From Camelus ferus (lineage: Eukaryota), in NCBI RefSeq assembly GCF_009834535.1, contig NC_045705.1, forward strand, positions 30,630,001-30,694,000: a stretch of DNA of 64,000 bases, written 5' to 3'. Position 1 is the stretch's first letter; each line of letters starts with the position of its first letter. Made by a program: the position numbers and the translations under genes. The notes under the pieces are model-generated. The model ran no database searches. It was not told the DNA's origin and saw only the letters and a program-made list of their open reading frames with translations. Shown here one piece after another: positions 39,060 to 52,697 of the stretch.

Positions 39060-39845
39060 TGTCTTTTTTATGGTAAAATATGCATAATGTAAAAATTTGC
39101 TATTCTAACCACTTTTTAAATTGAGAAGTCTTTTTTTTGGTCATAAAATATAAACAACATAAAATTTACCACTTTAAGGATACAATTCAGTGGTTTTAAC
39201 TATAGTCACATTGTTGTGAAACCATTACCACCATCCATCTCCCTTTTTTATCTTTTCAAACTGAAACATTTTACCCATTAAAAAATAACTCCCCATTTCT
39301 CCCCCTCCAGCCCCTGGTAACTGCTGTTTTCTTTTCTGTTTCTATGTGCTTGACTGTTCTAGGTACCACATATAAGTGGATATGATTTGTCTTTTTGTGT
39401 CTGGCTTATTCCACTAAGCATGATGTTTCACAGTTCATCCATGTTGAGTGTATGTCAGAATTTTATTCCTTTCTGTGGCTGAATGATACTCCATTGTATA
39501 TATGTTATATTTTGTTTATCCATTCATCTGTTGGTGGACAGTTGGGTTGTTTTTACCTTTTGACTGTTGTGAACAATGGGGCCATGAATACAGGTGTACA
39601 AGTATCTGTTTGAGTCCCTGTCTTTGATTCTTGAGTATATACTTAGGAGTGAAATTGCTGGATCATATGACAATTCTGCGTTTAACTTTTTAAGGAATTG
39701 TCATACTGTTTTCCACAGCAGCTACACCATTTTACAGTCTCACCAACAGTTCACAATTTCTCCATATCCTCACCAACACTTGATATTTCCTGTTGTTTTG
39801 ATAATAGGTATCCAAATTGGTGTGACGTGGTATCTCATTGAGTAA
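39060..39845 (-). mobile_element. L1MB-type 3' end
   Basis: aaaatttaccactttaagg...ccattcatctgttggtggaca...ggtatctcattg. Confidence 0.9.
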
Positions 39846-40249
39846 TAAGCAGAACTGGGAGGTTCTTTGAAAATACAATGAAGGTTTTTTAAAAATTTAA
39901 GCTGAAGGGAGACTTTATCATGAGATGTTATTAAACCTATTCTCTGAAGCAGATCTACCCAAAACCAGAGTGTATCTCTTATGCTTCTGAAATCTCTTGC
40001 TCTCATGGTTCGGTTAGAGACAAAAGTAAATGATTAAAGTTTACACACTATGAGTCAAAATAAAACTACTTTATGTTAAAGATGTCAATTCAACAAACCA
40101 TACTCAAATTTGGTTGTTTTGGTGGGTTTTAAGCTGGAAGTATATAAAAGCAAGTATAAGTAGTGTTGAAAATTTAATCTCTTCCAGTTTTATTTTGCTT
40201 GGCATACATAACCTGCTCTTCATTCCCACTGCCGCCACCTGACCCTAAT

Positions 40250-41295
40250 TTAGAGCCCTAATTAAATACATCGGAGAGGTTGTCAAAAAAAAGAGATTCC
40301 TTGATCTCATCTCCAACCTACTGAATCAGTCAGCAGGGGAGAGATCTGGGAATTTATTTTTTAATAAGCATTTCAGGTGATTCTTAAAATCACTCAAGTG
40401 TGGGAAATACTGAGTAACTTCTTAACTTTTTTTCCTTTGCTCCAGTCCTTGCTCTACATCAGCCATTTTCAACCTGGTTGTATGTCAGTTTCACTTAGGG
40501 AGCTTTAAAAAAATACTGATGACCAGTCCCCATCCCATACCAGTATAATCAGAACTTTATAGGTTTGGAACCTATGCATTTTTTTGGAAATGTTTTAACT
40601 AAAACATTTTTATTGAAGTAAAACATTTAGAGAAGTGTGCAAAATAATAAATGTACAGCTCAGTGGATTTCTACAAAATAAATATACTCATGTAATATCC
40701 AACTAGATAGAGAACATTACCAGTATCCTAGCTCCCTCCCCCTGGTCCCCTTCCAGTCATGACTCCCCTCTAGGGTCGCCACTAGGCTAACTTTTATCGC
40801 CCTAAACTAGACGTGCCTGATCTTGAACTTCATGTAGCTGGAATCATTAGGCACACACTCTTCAGGTCTGGCTTCTTTTGCTCAACATTATATTTCTGAT
40901 TTGTTGCTGGGTTTAGCTACAGTTTGTTCTTTTTTATTGTTGTCCAGAATTCCATTTTATGTATAAACCACAGTTTATTTATCCATTCTACAGTAGGTGG
41001 CATTTGGGTTGCTTTCAGTTTCGAGGTAGTACAAACAATGTTGCTATAAACACACTTTTCTGTGTCTCTTGGTGGATAGATTTCTCTTAGGTATGCACTT
41101 AGGAGTGGAATGGCTGGGAATGTGTATGTTTAGCTTTAGGACAGATTCCCAGATTTCCAAAATGATTGTACCATTTCCCACATTTAACAGCAGTTTATGA
41201 GAGTTCCTGTTGCTCTGGAACTTTGTGTGGGGCCCATGCATTTTTAAAAGCTTAGCAGGTGATTGTGATACACATTGAAGCTTGAGCATGATTGC
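40250..41295. mobile_element. Two MER5-like hAT elements, the second split by an L1MB/ME 3' end (-, about 40600-41220)
   Basis: MER5 halves ttttcaacctgg...aatcagaactt and catgcatttttaaaagc...ggtgattgtgat flank the L1 tail ttttattgaagtaaaacat. Confidence 0.7.
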
Positions 41296-41299
41296 AAGA

Positions 41300-42110
41300 T
41301 CTTTTGTAAACATAATTCTCTAAAGCAGAGCCCTGGGCTTGTCACCCCTGCTTAGAACATCAGTGGTTCTCTGTTGCCTGCTTATGAAATAGGAACTCGG
41401 GTACCTTACATTTAGGCCACTCATGATGTAACCTCAGCCTGTCCAACCACGGCTCTCCTGCTCACAGCCTACACTCTCACCGCACACAGATATTCACTTC
41501 CCCCCAAACACTCCTTATGCTTTTTCCCCTCACATAGCTTTTTTTTTTTTTTTTACATAGTCCTCACATACCTTTGATTTTGCTTTTCTATCTGTGTAGA
41601 AGGACTTCCTCACATGTCTATCACATTCCTACACATCGTCAAGTAGCCCCAGCTCAGCCCTTGTCATTCCCACTGCCTCCCCTCCCACCCCTCCCTCACC
41701 TCCATCCAAAAGTGATCTTAGGGCATATATTTGGTTGTACCTTGTATTTAGTTACTAGCAAACATGTGATCTCTTTCCTAAGATACCAATCACATGGGGT
41801 TAAGAATAAATCAATCTTTATGTCTTTCCTATCTCCCCATCTAGCTTTTAAACCTGTAATGTCAAGCTCTATGTGAAGCACTGTAGAAATAGACTTTAAA
41901 GTTAAGTGGCCCTAGGGCCACCTTTTAAATGGGGTATAGCTGTGTCACCAGGGTTACTGTTTCAGGCCTTAGTTTTCTCATCTGTAAAATGGAGAGTACA
42001 CTACTTCAGTGTTGTGAAAATTAACTGAATGAGATAACGGACTAAAGCACTTAGTAACCTTGGCCCATAATAACTGCTTCATCAATGCCAGTTGCTTGTG
42101 TCATTGTGGT
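41300..42110 (+). mobile_element. L2 fragment followed by MIR
   Basis: gtcacccctgcttagaac...; ccttagttttctcatctgtaaaatgg...gagataacg. Confidence 0.7.
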
Positions 42111-44999
42111 ATCATTGTTAGTTCCTTTGGGGGCGGAGACAGCATATTTTTTCTCTGAAGGCCCATTCAGTGCCTTTGCTTGTTGTAGGTGCTCAGAAAA
42201 TTCTGGGAGAATCAATTAATGAATGCCTGCTGGGTGACTGGATGAGCCATGCTTATTTATAGTCCATTTCCAGTAAGTTCAACCTGCATTGGAAGGAGCA
42301 GTCGGTTTAACCGTCACAGATAGACAGAAAGTAGGTTTCTAGTAGAAACTTTTAAAGCTGTATTAAAAAGGCCAGATCCCAGTTTAACCATACAACAGCT
42401 GCTCTCCTGCTGCTGCCAGGAAATAGGGAAAACCCTCCAAGAGCTATTTGCTGTTTGTTTGTTCATCTTCTGATAAACATGCTGTGACTTGAGGAGAGCA
42501 CATACTTTGCCTGCAGGCAAGCCTGGGTCTGGGAAGTTGCAAGTAGCTGCAACAAGGAAGAAATCCCCTACTCTGTGGGACAGGATCCTGCAGGGACTCA
42601 GCTAGACCCATTTGCAGTTTTGCTGAGTTATTTACTAAGATGAAGGGACTGGGTGTGGCTGGTCTGAGATTCCTCCTGGGAAGTCACTTCAAGAATCTCC
42701 TTAATTTCCTCACGCTTCATCTTTGTTCTCTGGCTTTGGTGCAAGGGTGCAGTCAGTCGCACCCAGTTGGCTGTTGTTCCCAGCACACTGAATTCTTTGA
42801 AGCCGGCTATTGCAGCCAAGGATTCCCTGCCCTGTTCTTTTCCCCTTGCCCTGATTTAAAAGACAGTTTGGGAAATTCTCATCTGGCACAGAGCTTGATG
42901 AGAAGAAACTTTGTGAGTTGCATGCTGGTTTTCTGGATACATAAGATCAAAAAGGAGCTTTAAATTATCATTTCTCAAAAATCCAGTATTGGTAGATTTT
43001 GTATGAACAAATTATACAAAGTAGGCTCTGCCATCACCATGATCATTTAAAGGTATTTTAGTGCTAAGAGGCTGTACAAGTGAGACAAAACTTAACAGCA
43101 GAGAGTGTTTATCACCTCCCATGTCACTTGCAGGAGGAACATAAGAATGTATTCGCTGACTGAAACCTCAGGAAAGATAGGTAACAAAACATACAAAAAT
43201 TAATGGGTAGTCTACGAAAATCTTTACCAGGTGATCAGTACCTTTTAAAATATGAACAAATAAATAAATTTAACCATGTTATAATCAAAATGGGTCTGAT
43301 TACGAAAGAATTAGTAGTCTGAAAAAATATATAATTCCAATGTTTGAAAACTTACTTGTCATGCAAATTGGCCAATAATTCCTTGGAAGAACACTTCTAC
43401 TTTCAAAGCAAAATTAACTTCAAGAAGCAACGATGGACAAGGAAGTAATACAATTTTAGGTAGACACTGAAAATCTACATTTATTGTCTCAAGTGGCAAA
43501 ACAGCAGGATGGTATAATCCTTTTTATATAAAATTATATTTATGTCTGTATATGTTTATATGCATATAAAACTATATGGAAAGAAGTTTACTAAAATGTT
43601 ATTAGTGGTTTTCTCTCAGTGCTGGGATTTTACCTTTCTTCCCACACGTTTCTATATTGTTTGTTTTTTATAATGACCATGTAAGATTTTTATAATCACA
43701 GTCAATAAAAATAAAGCTATTTTTATTTTGAAAAAAAGAAAATTTTGTTTGACCATCTGCTATGGGCCCAAAGTGGTACCAGGAGTTATGAAGAATAGAA
43801 AAGAAGACTGTGGCCTGGCCATCAAGATGCTTATGTTCTAGTTGGGAAGACAGCTAAAGGCTGGCATAGGGTAGAGTGTAGTCAGGTGTTAGGATATGTG
43901 GTTCAAAGAAGCGCTGGAGGCTTCCAGGAAGAGGAGAGGCCATGTGGATGTTTTCACTGAAGAGAAGCAGCTCAGTTTGGGCCTTAAAAGATGCACAGCA
44001 TTTGACTAGGAGGAGGGAAGAGGACGTTTCAGGCGGCTTGAGCACTGACATGATAATACTGGTGTCTGGAAAGTGGGGAAACCAGCTTATCTAGAGTAGT
44101 AAGCAAATATTTGTGGTAGAGAAATTTGCTTTATTGCCAAGTTCATTCCATAAGACATCTTTATTTTGATACGTTGCAAATTATATTTTAGTATACATGA
44201 GCATTTTAAAAAGCAGATTCTAGAAAAATAAATACAGTTATTCTGAACATTGAAGTGATATAAAAATTACGACTGCTATGAACATTTCATTATTTTAATA
44301 CATTGAGACAGGAAACCTTCGGTACATGTGCTCTATAATGCTGTCCTCTCTATCCATAAGCTTGATCTCAATTCAGTCAGTGGCTTTTTGTATAGTCTTT
44401 TAACTTGTGATTATCATATTCCTACACCTTTCCTCTATTAAAAATCAAAAAGTATGGCATGAAGGATGGGAGTCAAAACAAAAACAAAATTTTATTTTTT
44501 AGAAAGATATTAAGATTGAGACTTTTCAAACAACGGCATCAGGATTTGCTTTTAGTAGTTCCTTGGCTAACATGACTACATTAGATGTGTGGTACATACC
44601 CTAAATACTGTGGCCATGTAATCTATACCTACCAGGCAAATGAGTCTTTCTGAGAATCATATATTTTAAATTCTAAATACAGAATGTTAACTATAAAGCT
44701 CCCCTTTTGAATTCATGTATTTTTAAGTACTTTCAGTGGTCAAAGCACTGTGCTAGGTGATGAAAGGTATGCAGAGAACTCATTCATTCATCTATTCATT
44801 CTTCAACAGTGTTTGCTGAGTGTGTCCTCTGTGCCAGGTATTATTCTAGATGCTGGAACTAAAAGGAGGAGGAAATAGTTCAGTTTTTAAGGAGCTCACA
44901 GTCTAGCTGGAGAGAAAATGGACATGTAAATACACAGTTACAGACCACTGGTGGTGTCAGGTCAAATACACTTGTTTATTTGCACTCTCTCTATCAAGT

Positions 45000-46860
45000 G
45001 CACTAAATTTATAATAAAGTGGGGGAAAGAATTAAAGCCAAGAGGACAAGGAGAACAAGAGAAGACATGACAATAAATGATAGGTGTCAACCATATTTTA
45101 GAAGGTGGACAGCAGATGGAGAAGTAGGAACTGATTTGGCATAGAAAGCTGATGGCTAACTTACAAAAAAGAAAGACATCTGTTTGTACCACAGAAGTCT
45201 AGAAGGGTTCAAGAATTGGAGGTGGCAGGTTCTCTGAAATCAGGGGTATGAGGAGAGCTGACAACAGAAGGATTTGTTGGAAATCTTTATAAGGAACAGT
45301 TGGATCCCCAGATCCTCTTCACGTCATGCATCAAGGTCACTCCACTTCTCCATCAAGTAGAAGATTGGAGAGACTAAGCTGGAGGAACTCTCAGCTCAAG
45401 AATACCAAGTTCTGCAGAGTGTTGCTGGTATATTGGTGAGCGTAGCTGCCTTCCAAGAAGCAGAGGTGAGATGGCCTAATGAAAACAAGGAGAGTAAGCC
45501 ACTGTCTCTAGGCTGTATGTTGATACCTCATTCCCCTTCCCTTCTTTGCTGAGCTCTCAGAGTGCTGGCTGCCAAATGGATGCCCCTCAATCATAAACCT
45601 GGACTATTTTCTGGAGAAACCAAAGTAGCCCCAGAAAAAGTCCTTACAAACCTGACATTTAGGAGTTCTACTGTGAAATGACCACATCTTAACCTATTCT
45701 TTCTACAATGAAGCTCAGTGTCAACAAACTCCATCCCAGAAAACCAGCTTTTTTATTTCTCACTCTAAGTATGAATGGACATAGTCAGGGATCACCAGGC
45801 ACTGAGGGAGTCTCTAACATGATAGCCAGAAACCAAGATGAAACAAACAGAGTAGAGGATGGGGGAACTCAAAAGGAGCAGTGACAATACAGGAACAGAA
45901 GAAAACTTTTTAAGAAAGCTAACATTAATATCCTTAGGGGAAAAAGAAGATATTGGATCCATTAACTAAGACAAGCTTGCTGTAAGAAAAAAAAAAATCT
46001 AAAAGACTGGACTCCCAGGAAGAGAGAATAGAGGCATTCCAATGCCAGCAGGCTCCTCAACAGCAGCACTGAAGCTAAAAATCAAAAGAGCAATGCTTTC
46101 AGAATTCTAAGAGAAAATTATTTCCAACCCTAGAATTCTGTACCAAACCAAATTATCAATCAACTATGAGAATAGAATATAGCTTTTTAGATAGGTAAGA
46201 GCTTATAAATTTTAACTCCCATATGGCTTTTCTCATGAAACTACTGGAGGATGTGTTTCACCCAAAAATGGGAATGAATCTAAAAAGATGAGATTATGAG
46301 ATTTCAAAACAAAGGATCCAATACAGGAGAGAAGTAAAGAGAACTCTTAGGATGATAATGTCCCAGGACAACCATTTATGCAGGAGAGCTAGAAAGCAAG
46401 CAATTCAAATTGCAGCAGCAGAAAGCTCCAGAAGGCACGTCTGCAAGAAAATTACAAAATAGAACTGAAAAAACTGTTGTGTTAGATTACATTCAGTTGG
46501 AGAATTAGAGATTAATACTTCAGTTGAAGTAGTAGTGATTAATACTTAGAAACTCCAAGCAAACCCAAAAGAGGTAATTATTCCAAGAAAAACAAAAAGT
46601 TATATAAGAAAGAAAATGTAATAATAACATACTTTGTGGCTTGGATGTGAATATTTATGTAGCATAAAAATATAAATACTGCATATTCTAAGCTAAAATT
46701 GGTACTACATCTATATTAGAAAGACGGATGGATGGGAAATGTGTGTGGGTGGTGAAAAAGATAATCTGCCATCTTCAACTGAGTCCAAAGATAATGTTTA
46801 AAATTTTAAAATCAAGAAGTAGCAGCACAAGCATACTTTAAAAAAATGAAACGTGAAAAA
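45000..46860 (+). mobile_element. Old L1M (L1ME-type) 5'UTR/ORF1 region
   Basis: caatgctttcagaattctaagagaaaattatttccaaccctagaattctgtaccaaaccaaattatcaatc (ORF1 C-terminal region). Confidence 0.7.
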
Positions 46861-46899
46861 CAGAAGACTCAGTGAGTTTAAGTGGAGTTGGTTGAAAGA

Positions 46900-48000
46900 G
46901 TGGCTACTATAGTTTGGTTTGGAATCAATTGAGTTTGAAAAGCCAGTGAACCTTTCAAATGAACTTGTCCAGCAGGGATTCAAGACTAATAAAGAGATAA
47001 GAAGTAGAAATATAGTCAGAAACTAAATCCTATGAAGGGATGAGATCACTGAGGAATGAAAGTGTAGTGAGGGAGAGGCATAAGGGCAGAAATTTGGAGA
47101 ACACTTATATTTAAAGGGTGAGAGAAGGAAAAAGAATGAGGGAGGAAGCAGCCAGCATGTACGAACAGAAATAGCATAATACTCCATTATAGAAGCCAGA
47201 GGAGGAGAGTTTCAAGGAAAGAATGAGAAACTATCAGTTCTCACAGATGGAGAACTAAGAAAGAATCATTTGAATCTATGATGATTGGGAGATGCCCGTA
47301 ACTTTCAAGAGAACAGTTTTAGTTGAGGGGTGGAAGCAAGATTGAAGGGGCTACTGAGTGAATGAATGGATGGAAAGGAAGAAGAGATAATGAATATAGC
47401 ACACTCTCTTCCGAGAAATTTGGCCTTGAAAAACAGAGAAGAAGTTAGCTTTAGTAAGTAGACAATGAAAGTTTTTTTTAGATTAAGGGGCCACTTAAAT
47501 ATATGTGAGTAAATAGCAAGGAGTTAATGGAGAAGGCAAGATTACAGATGCAAGTGTAAGGGGAATAATTGACAGAGCAAGGTCCCAGGGAAACTGAGAG
47601 AACATGGACTCAAGAGCACAGAAGGAGAGATTAATCTTAGTAAGAGAAAGAAAAGATTTTTTTTTTTTTGAGAGAGGCAAGAAAGAAGTGGGTATAAGTG
47701 AAGACACAGAGGAATATTAAGGTATAGAGGAAGGAAATTGAAGCATTAAAAAATCAGATGACTTCAATCTCAATAAATTAGGTTATCTGCTAAGAGTTGC
47801 CGGTTGAGGCAAAGGGTTAGTTTGGAAATTTGAGAATGGAAATTGTCTTGGGCAGCTGCTGTAAGGAATGCAATACAAAGTTAAAAGGAGATGACCGGAA
47901 GGATTACCGGTAGCCGTTAAGCATCCAGTTGAAGTTAGATCGTACAAACTTGTAATAAAGCCAATCAGTATGGTTTCTGGACTTCCTCCAAGAAGGCTGT
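46900..48000 (-). mobile_element. L2 LINE fragment
   Basis: Purine-rich gaagccagaggaggagagtttcaagg...gagaacagttttagttgaggggtgg. Confidence 0.65.
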
Positions 48001-48199
48001 ATCTCCAAAAGTCATCATCTTGGCTAGGGAAGGGTTTCCTTGGAGTGTATTAGGAGACATCCCAAGGTTCAAAAACTTTAGAAAAATGCTTGCTCAAGGA
48101 GAGTTAATGCTCAGGAGTATCAATGAGCAGGTTTACTTGTGAAATACTTCCTTCTGTGGGTCATTCAGAGGTCTTATGGGGAGAATCAGGGGCAACAAA

Positions 48200-48460
48200 A
48201 AAGAAGTATACTTAAAGACTTAAGAGCAATTTGGTATCAAAAAGATCTATAGTTGCACAGATATCTAGACACAAATCTGAGGGTGGGAGCATGTTGGAGA
48301 ACATCTGGATTCAGATAAAAGAAGAGCAGGAGAAAAATGACATCATGGGATTACACTGCAGACTACCTCGCCAGATGGAATAAACAGATAAAGCATTCTC
48401 AATGTAGATCACAGAACTGGCCTGAGTCAGGAGAGCATGGCGACAGGGATTTCAAACGTC
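48200..48460 (+). mobile_element. L3/CR1 endonuclease-domain fragment
   Basis: Translates LENIWIQIKEEQEKNDIMGLHCRLPRQME, resembling the CR1 EN motif ES.W......D..vGv.YRPP. Confidence 0.6.
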
Positions 48461-48669
48461 AAGACACAAGTTCCAAGTCACATTCAGCCAAAAAGCAGTA
48501 TGCTTGATTAATTCTTTTTTTCCCTCAGTATGTTTTTCTGATCATTAAAGAAACACTTGCTTATTGTAGAAAGGTAGCAGTACAGCAAAGTATAATGAAG
48601 CAGAAAAATAATCACTTATAAACCCACTACTGACAGCACTCACCATTAATATATTTGCTAATTATTTCT

Positions 48670-48786
48670 AGTTGTTTGTGTTTTTTTGGCTTCAAGAACA
48701 GAAATTTATTTTCTCACAGTCTGGAGGCTAGGAGTCCAAATCAGGGTGTCAGTGGTTCAGTTTCTCCTGAGGCCTCTTTCCGTGGT
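48670..48786 (-). mobile_element. MLT1 LTR fragment ending at its poly(A) site, with an A-tail and flanking direct repeat
   Basis: Minus strand: ...cctccagactgtgagaaAATAAAtttctgttcttgaagcc-A7; repeats ctaattatttct (48658-48669) and ctaatatttct (48787-48797). Confidence 0.75.
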
Positions 48787-49079
48787 CTAATATTTCTTAT
48801 ACATTGTCGTTTTTACATAGTTGAGATTGGGCTGGATAACATTTGTATAATATGTTTTTTTTTAACATAGAAGCTTTTCCTCATGTATGTTTCTCATATA
48901 TCTCATATATATCTTCATCATATCAAGATCTGAAATTCTTTTTAAAACTTTAAATCTTAATTTGCCTTCATGTTACATTCATCTCCCAGAAGGGAGAAAT
49001 GTGAGACCTGGAGTTCTAGATATAATTATAAAAACAAGTTCACTATTTACTGTTTGCTATCATTATTTACATTTTTTAT

Positions 49080-50060
49080 GAAGATACCAGTCAATGCTAT
49101 TAGGCAGGAAAAAAACAAATAAGAGATATAAAAATTTTACAGGACAAGGAAAAATTACATTACTTGCAGGCAGTACGATTACTTACTTAGAAAGCCCAAG
49201 ACAATCTGAAATCTATTATAAACATTATGAAAATTCAGCAAGGTGGTTGAGCAAAATATACTAAATAATTTATTTAAAAAATAATAGCCTTTATATATTC
49301 AAATAAGAAGAAAAGTCCCTTTATAAAGCAAAAGGAAGTAAAATATCTAGGAATAAACCTAACAAGAATATGCAAGAACTATATGAAGAAAGGTTTGAAA
49401 CACTCCTGAAGAACTCAAAGAAGACTTGGCCATATGGAAAGGCATACTATGATCTTAAAAAGGAAGGCTTAGAAAACATAAAGCTGTCAGTGCTTTCTAA
49501 TTTATCATAATTACTTACTCCTCCCCTCTCCACCACTCATCCACCCATTCCCATCCCTAGGCAACCACTAATCTACTTTCTGTGTCTATGGATCTGCCTA
49601 TTCTGGACATTACATATAGATGGAACCATACAATATGTGGGTTTGTGTGTCTGGTTTCTTTCACTTAGAATGGAGTTTTCCAGGTTAATCCGTGTTGTAG
49701 TGTGTATCATATCCATATCTTATTTCTTTTTTATGGCCGAATAATATTCCATTGTATAGCTATATAGTGGAAATTTATCTACTTATCCATTGATAGACAT
49801 TTGGGTTTTTTCTACTTTGTTGGCCATTATGAATAATATGGTCATGAACATTTGTGTAGAAGTTTTCATGTGAACATATGTTTTCATTTTTTTTGGATGT
49901 ATACAAGGAGTGGAATGCTGGGTCACATGGTAATTCTACATTTAACTTTTTGGAGAACTACTTGACTACTTTTCCTAAGTGGTTGCACCATTTTACATTC
50001 CCACCAGTAATATATGAGAGTTACAATTTCTCCACATTCTTACCAACACTTGTCTTTTTA
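49080..50060. mobile_element. Old L1 ORF2 fragment (+, about 49080-49500) abutting an L1MB 3' region (-)
   Basis: aaattcagcaaggtgg and aaatatctaggaataaacctaac; ggcaaccactaatctactttctgtg. Confidence 0.75.
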
Positions 50061-52320
50061 AAAAAATATATATAGTTGACATACAATATTATGTTAGTTT
50101 CAGGTGTACTACATAATGATTTGACATTTGCATACTTTATGATCACCATGATAAGTTTAGTAAGCATCTGGTCCCATACAAAGCTATTATAATATTATTG
50201 ATCGTATTCCTTAAGCTGTATGTTATATCCTTGTGGCTTATTTATTTTATAACTGGAGGTTTATACCTCTTAATCCACTTCAGCTATTTTTTATCCCCTG
50301 CCTTCCTGGCAGCCACCCATTTTTTTCTCTGTGTCTATGAGACTGTTCATTTTGTTTTGTTTGCTTGTTTGTTTTGCTTTTTAGAGTCCACATTTAAGTG
50401 AGATTGTATAGTATTTGTCTTTGTCTGACTTATTTCACTTAGCATAATACCCTCTAGATTCATTAGTGTTGTTGCAAATGTCAAGGTTTCTTTTTATGGC
50501 TGAGTAGTATTCCATTGTATATCCATACCACATTTTCTTTATCCATTCATCTATCGATGAACATTTAGGTTGCTTCCATATCTGAGCTATTGTAAATAAT
50601 GGTATCTTTTTGAATTAGTGATTTTATTTTCTTTGGGTAAATACCCAGAAGTGAAATTTATGGATTATGTGGCAGTTCTAGTTTTAATTTTTTGAGGAAC
50701 CTCAATACTGTTTTCCATTGTGACTGCACCAATACACAATTCCACCAGCAGTGCACAAGAGTTCCCTCTTCTTAATATCCCTGCCAGCGCTTGTTACTTG
50801 TTGTCTTTTTGATGAGAGCCATTCTGACAGAGGTGAGGTGACTGTGGTTTTGATTTGCATTTCCCTAATGATTACTGATGCTGAGCATCTTTTTATCTGT
50901 CTGTTGGCTATCTGCATATATTCTTTGGAAAAATGTCTATCTGGGTTCTCTGCTCATTTTTTAATTGGATTATTTGGGTTTTGCTACCAAGTTGTATGAG
51001 TTCCCCATATATATTGAATATTAACCCTTTGTTGATACATGGTTTGCAAATATTTTCTCCCATTCTGTAGGTTGCCTTTTCATTTTATTGTTTCTTTTGC
51101 TGTGTAGAAGCTTTTTAGTTTAATGTATTCCCACTTGTTTATTTTTGCTTTTGTTGCTTGGGCTTTTGGTGTCATATATTCAAAAAATTGTTACCAAGAC
51201 TAATGTCAAGGAGCTTTTCCCCTATGCTTTCTTCTAGGAGTTTTATAGTTTCAGGTCTTACATTAGTCTTTAACTCATTTCCAGTTAGTTTTTTTGCCTA
51301 GTGTAAGATAAGGGTCCAGTTTCATTCTTTTGCATGTGAGTATCCAGTTTTCCCAGCACCATATATTGAAGAGACTATTCTTTCTTGGCTATCTTGTCAA
51401 ATATTAGTTGACCATATATATATGAGTTTATTTCTGGGCTCTTGATTTTGTTCCATTGTTCTACATATCTGTTTTCATGCCAGTACCATATTCTCTTAGT
51501 TAATTTAGCTCTGTAATATAGCTTGAAATGAGGAAGTATGATGCCTCCTGTTTTGTTCTTCCTTCTCAGGATTGCTTTAGCTATTCTGGGTCTTTTGTGG
51601 TTTACTATGAATTTTAGGATTGTTTTATCTATTTCTGTGAAAAATTCCATTGGAATTTTGATAGGGGTTACACTGAATCTGTGTGTGGCTTTGGGTAATA
51701 TGAACATTATAACATTATTAATTCTTCCAGTTCATGAACACAGATATCTTTGCATTTGTTTGTGTCTTCTTCAATTTCTTTTATCAAAGTCTTGCAGTTT
51801 TCAATGTACAGATCTTTCACCTCTTTGATTAAATTTATTTCTAAGTATTTTATTGTTTTTGATGCTATTGTGAGTAGGATTGTTTTCTTTATTTCTTTTT
51901 CAGTTACTTTATTGTTAGCGTATAAAAATGCAACTGATTTTTGTATGTTGGTTTTGTGTCCTGCAACTTTACCAGATTGATATATTAATGTTTTAATAGT
52001 TTGTTGAATTGGATCGGAGTTTTTAGGATTTTCTATGTGTAAGATCATGTCATCTGCAAACAGAGACAGTTTTTATTTCTTCCTTTCTGATTTGGATGCT
52101 TCTTATTTCTTTTTCTTGCCTAATTGCTCTGGCTAGGACTTCTAGTACCACATTGAATAGGGGTGGTAAGAGTAAGCACCCTTGTTCCTGATCTTAGAGG
52201 GAGAGCTATCAACTTTCACCACTGAATATGATTTTAGCTGTGGGCTTGTCATATGCAGCCTTTATTTCGTTGATGTTTGTTACTTCTATACCCAGTCTGT
52301 TTAGAGTTTTTATCATGAAA
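50060..52320 (-). mobile_element. 5'-truncated L1 (RT to 3' UTR), disrupted ORF2
   Basis: ORF remnants [43 protein letters not shown] and [10 protein letters not shown]. Confidence 0.95.
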
Positions 52321-52616
52321 GTAGGCAGAGTTTTGTGGGCATATGTTTTTATTTCTCTTGGGTAAATATCTAAGGGTGGAATTGCTGACAAACTGTTTTC
52401 CAAATTGGTTGTACTGTTTTACATTCCTATCAGCAATGTCTGAAAATTAATAGTTGTCACACATCCTTGCTAACATTTGGTTTTCAGTCTTCTTTTTTCC
52501 CCCTAGCTTTGAGTTATAATTGACATGTAACATTGTGTAAGTTTAAGGTGCACAATGTGAGGATTTGATACATGTATATATTGTGAAATGATTACCGCAA
52601 TTAAGGTTATTTTTTT

Positions 52617-52697
52617 AAATATGAAATTCTTCACAAATTTGAGTGTCATCCTTTCTCAAGGGGCCAATTTTAATATATGTGCTTCTGAAGCAAGCAT
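52617..52697 (-). pseudogene. U6 snRNA processed pseudogene with a 25-nt internal deletion, fused to an L1 3' end (about 52495-52609)
   Basis: Minus strand ATGCTTGCTTCAGAAGCACATATATTAAAATTGG/CCCCTTGAGAAAGGATGACACTCAAATTTGTGAAGAATTTCATATTT aligns to both ends of U6. Confidence 0.9.

Noticed and set aside
52617..52697. Functional U6 snRNA gene
   Set aside because: ACAGAGA box deleted, many substitutions, and no upstream promoter because it is embedded in L1.
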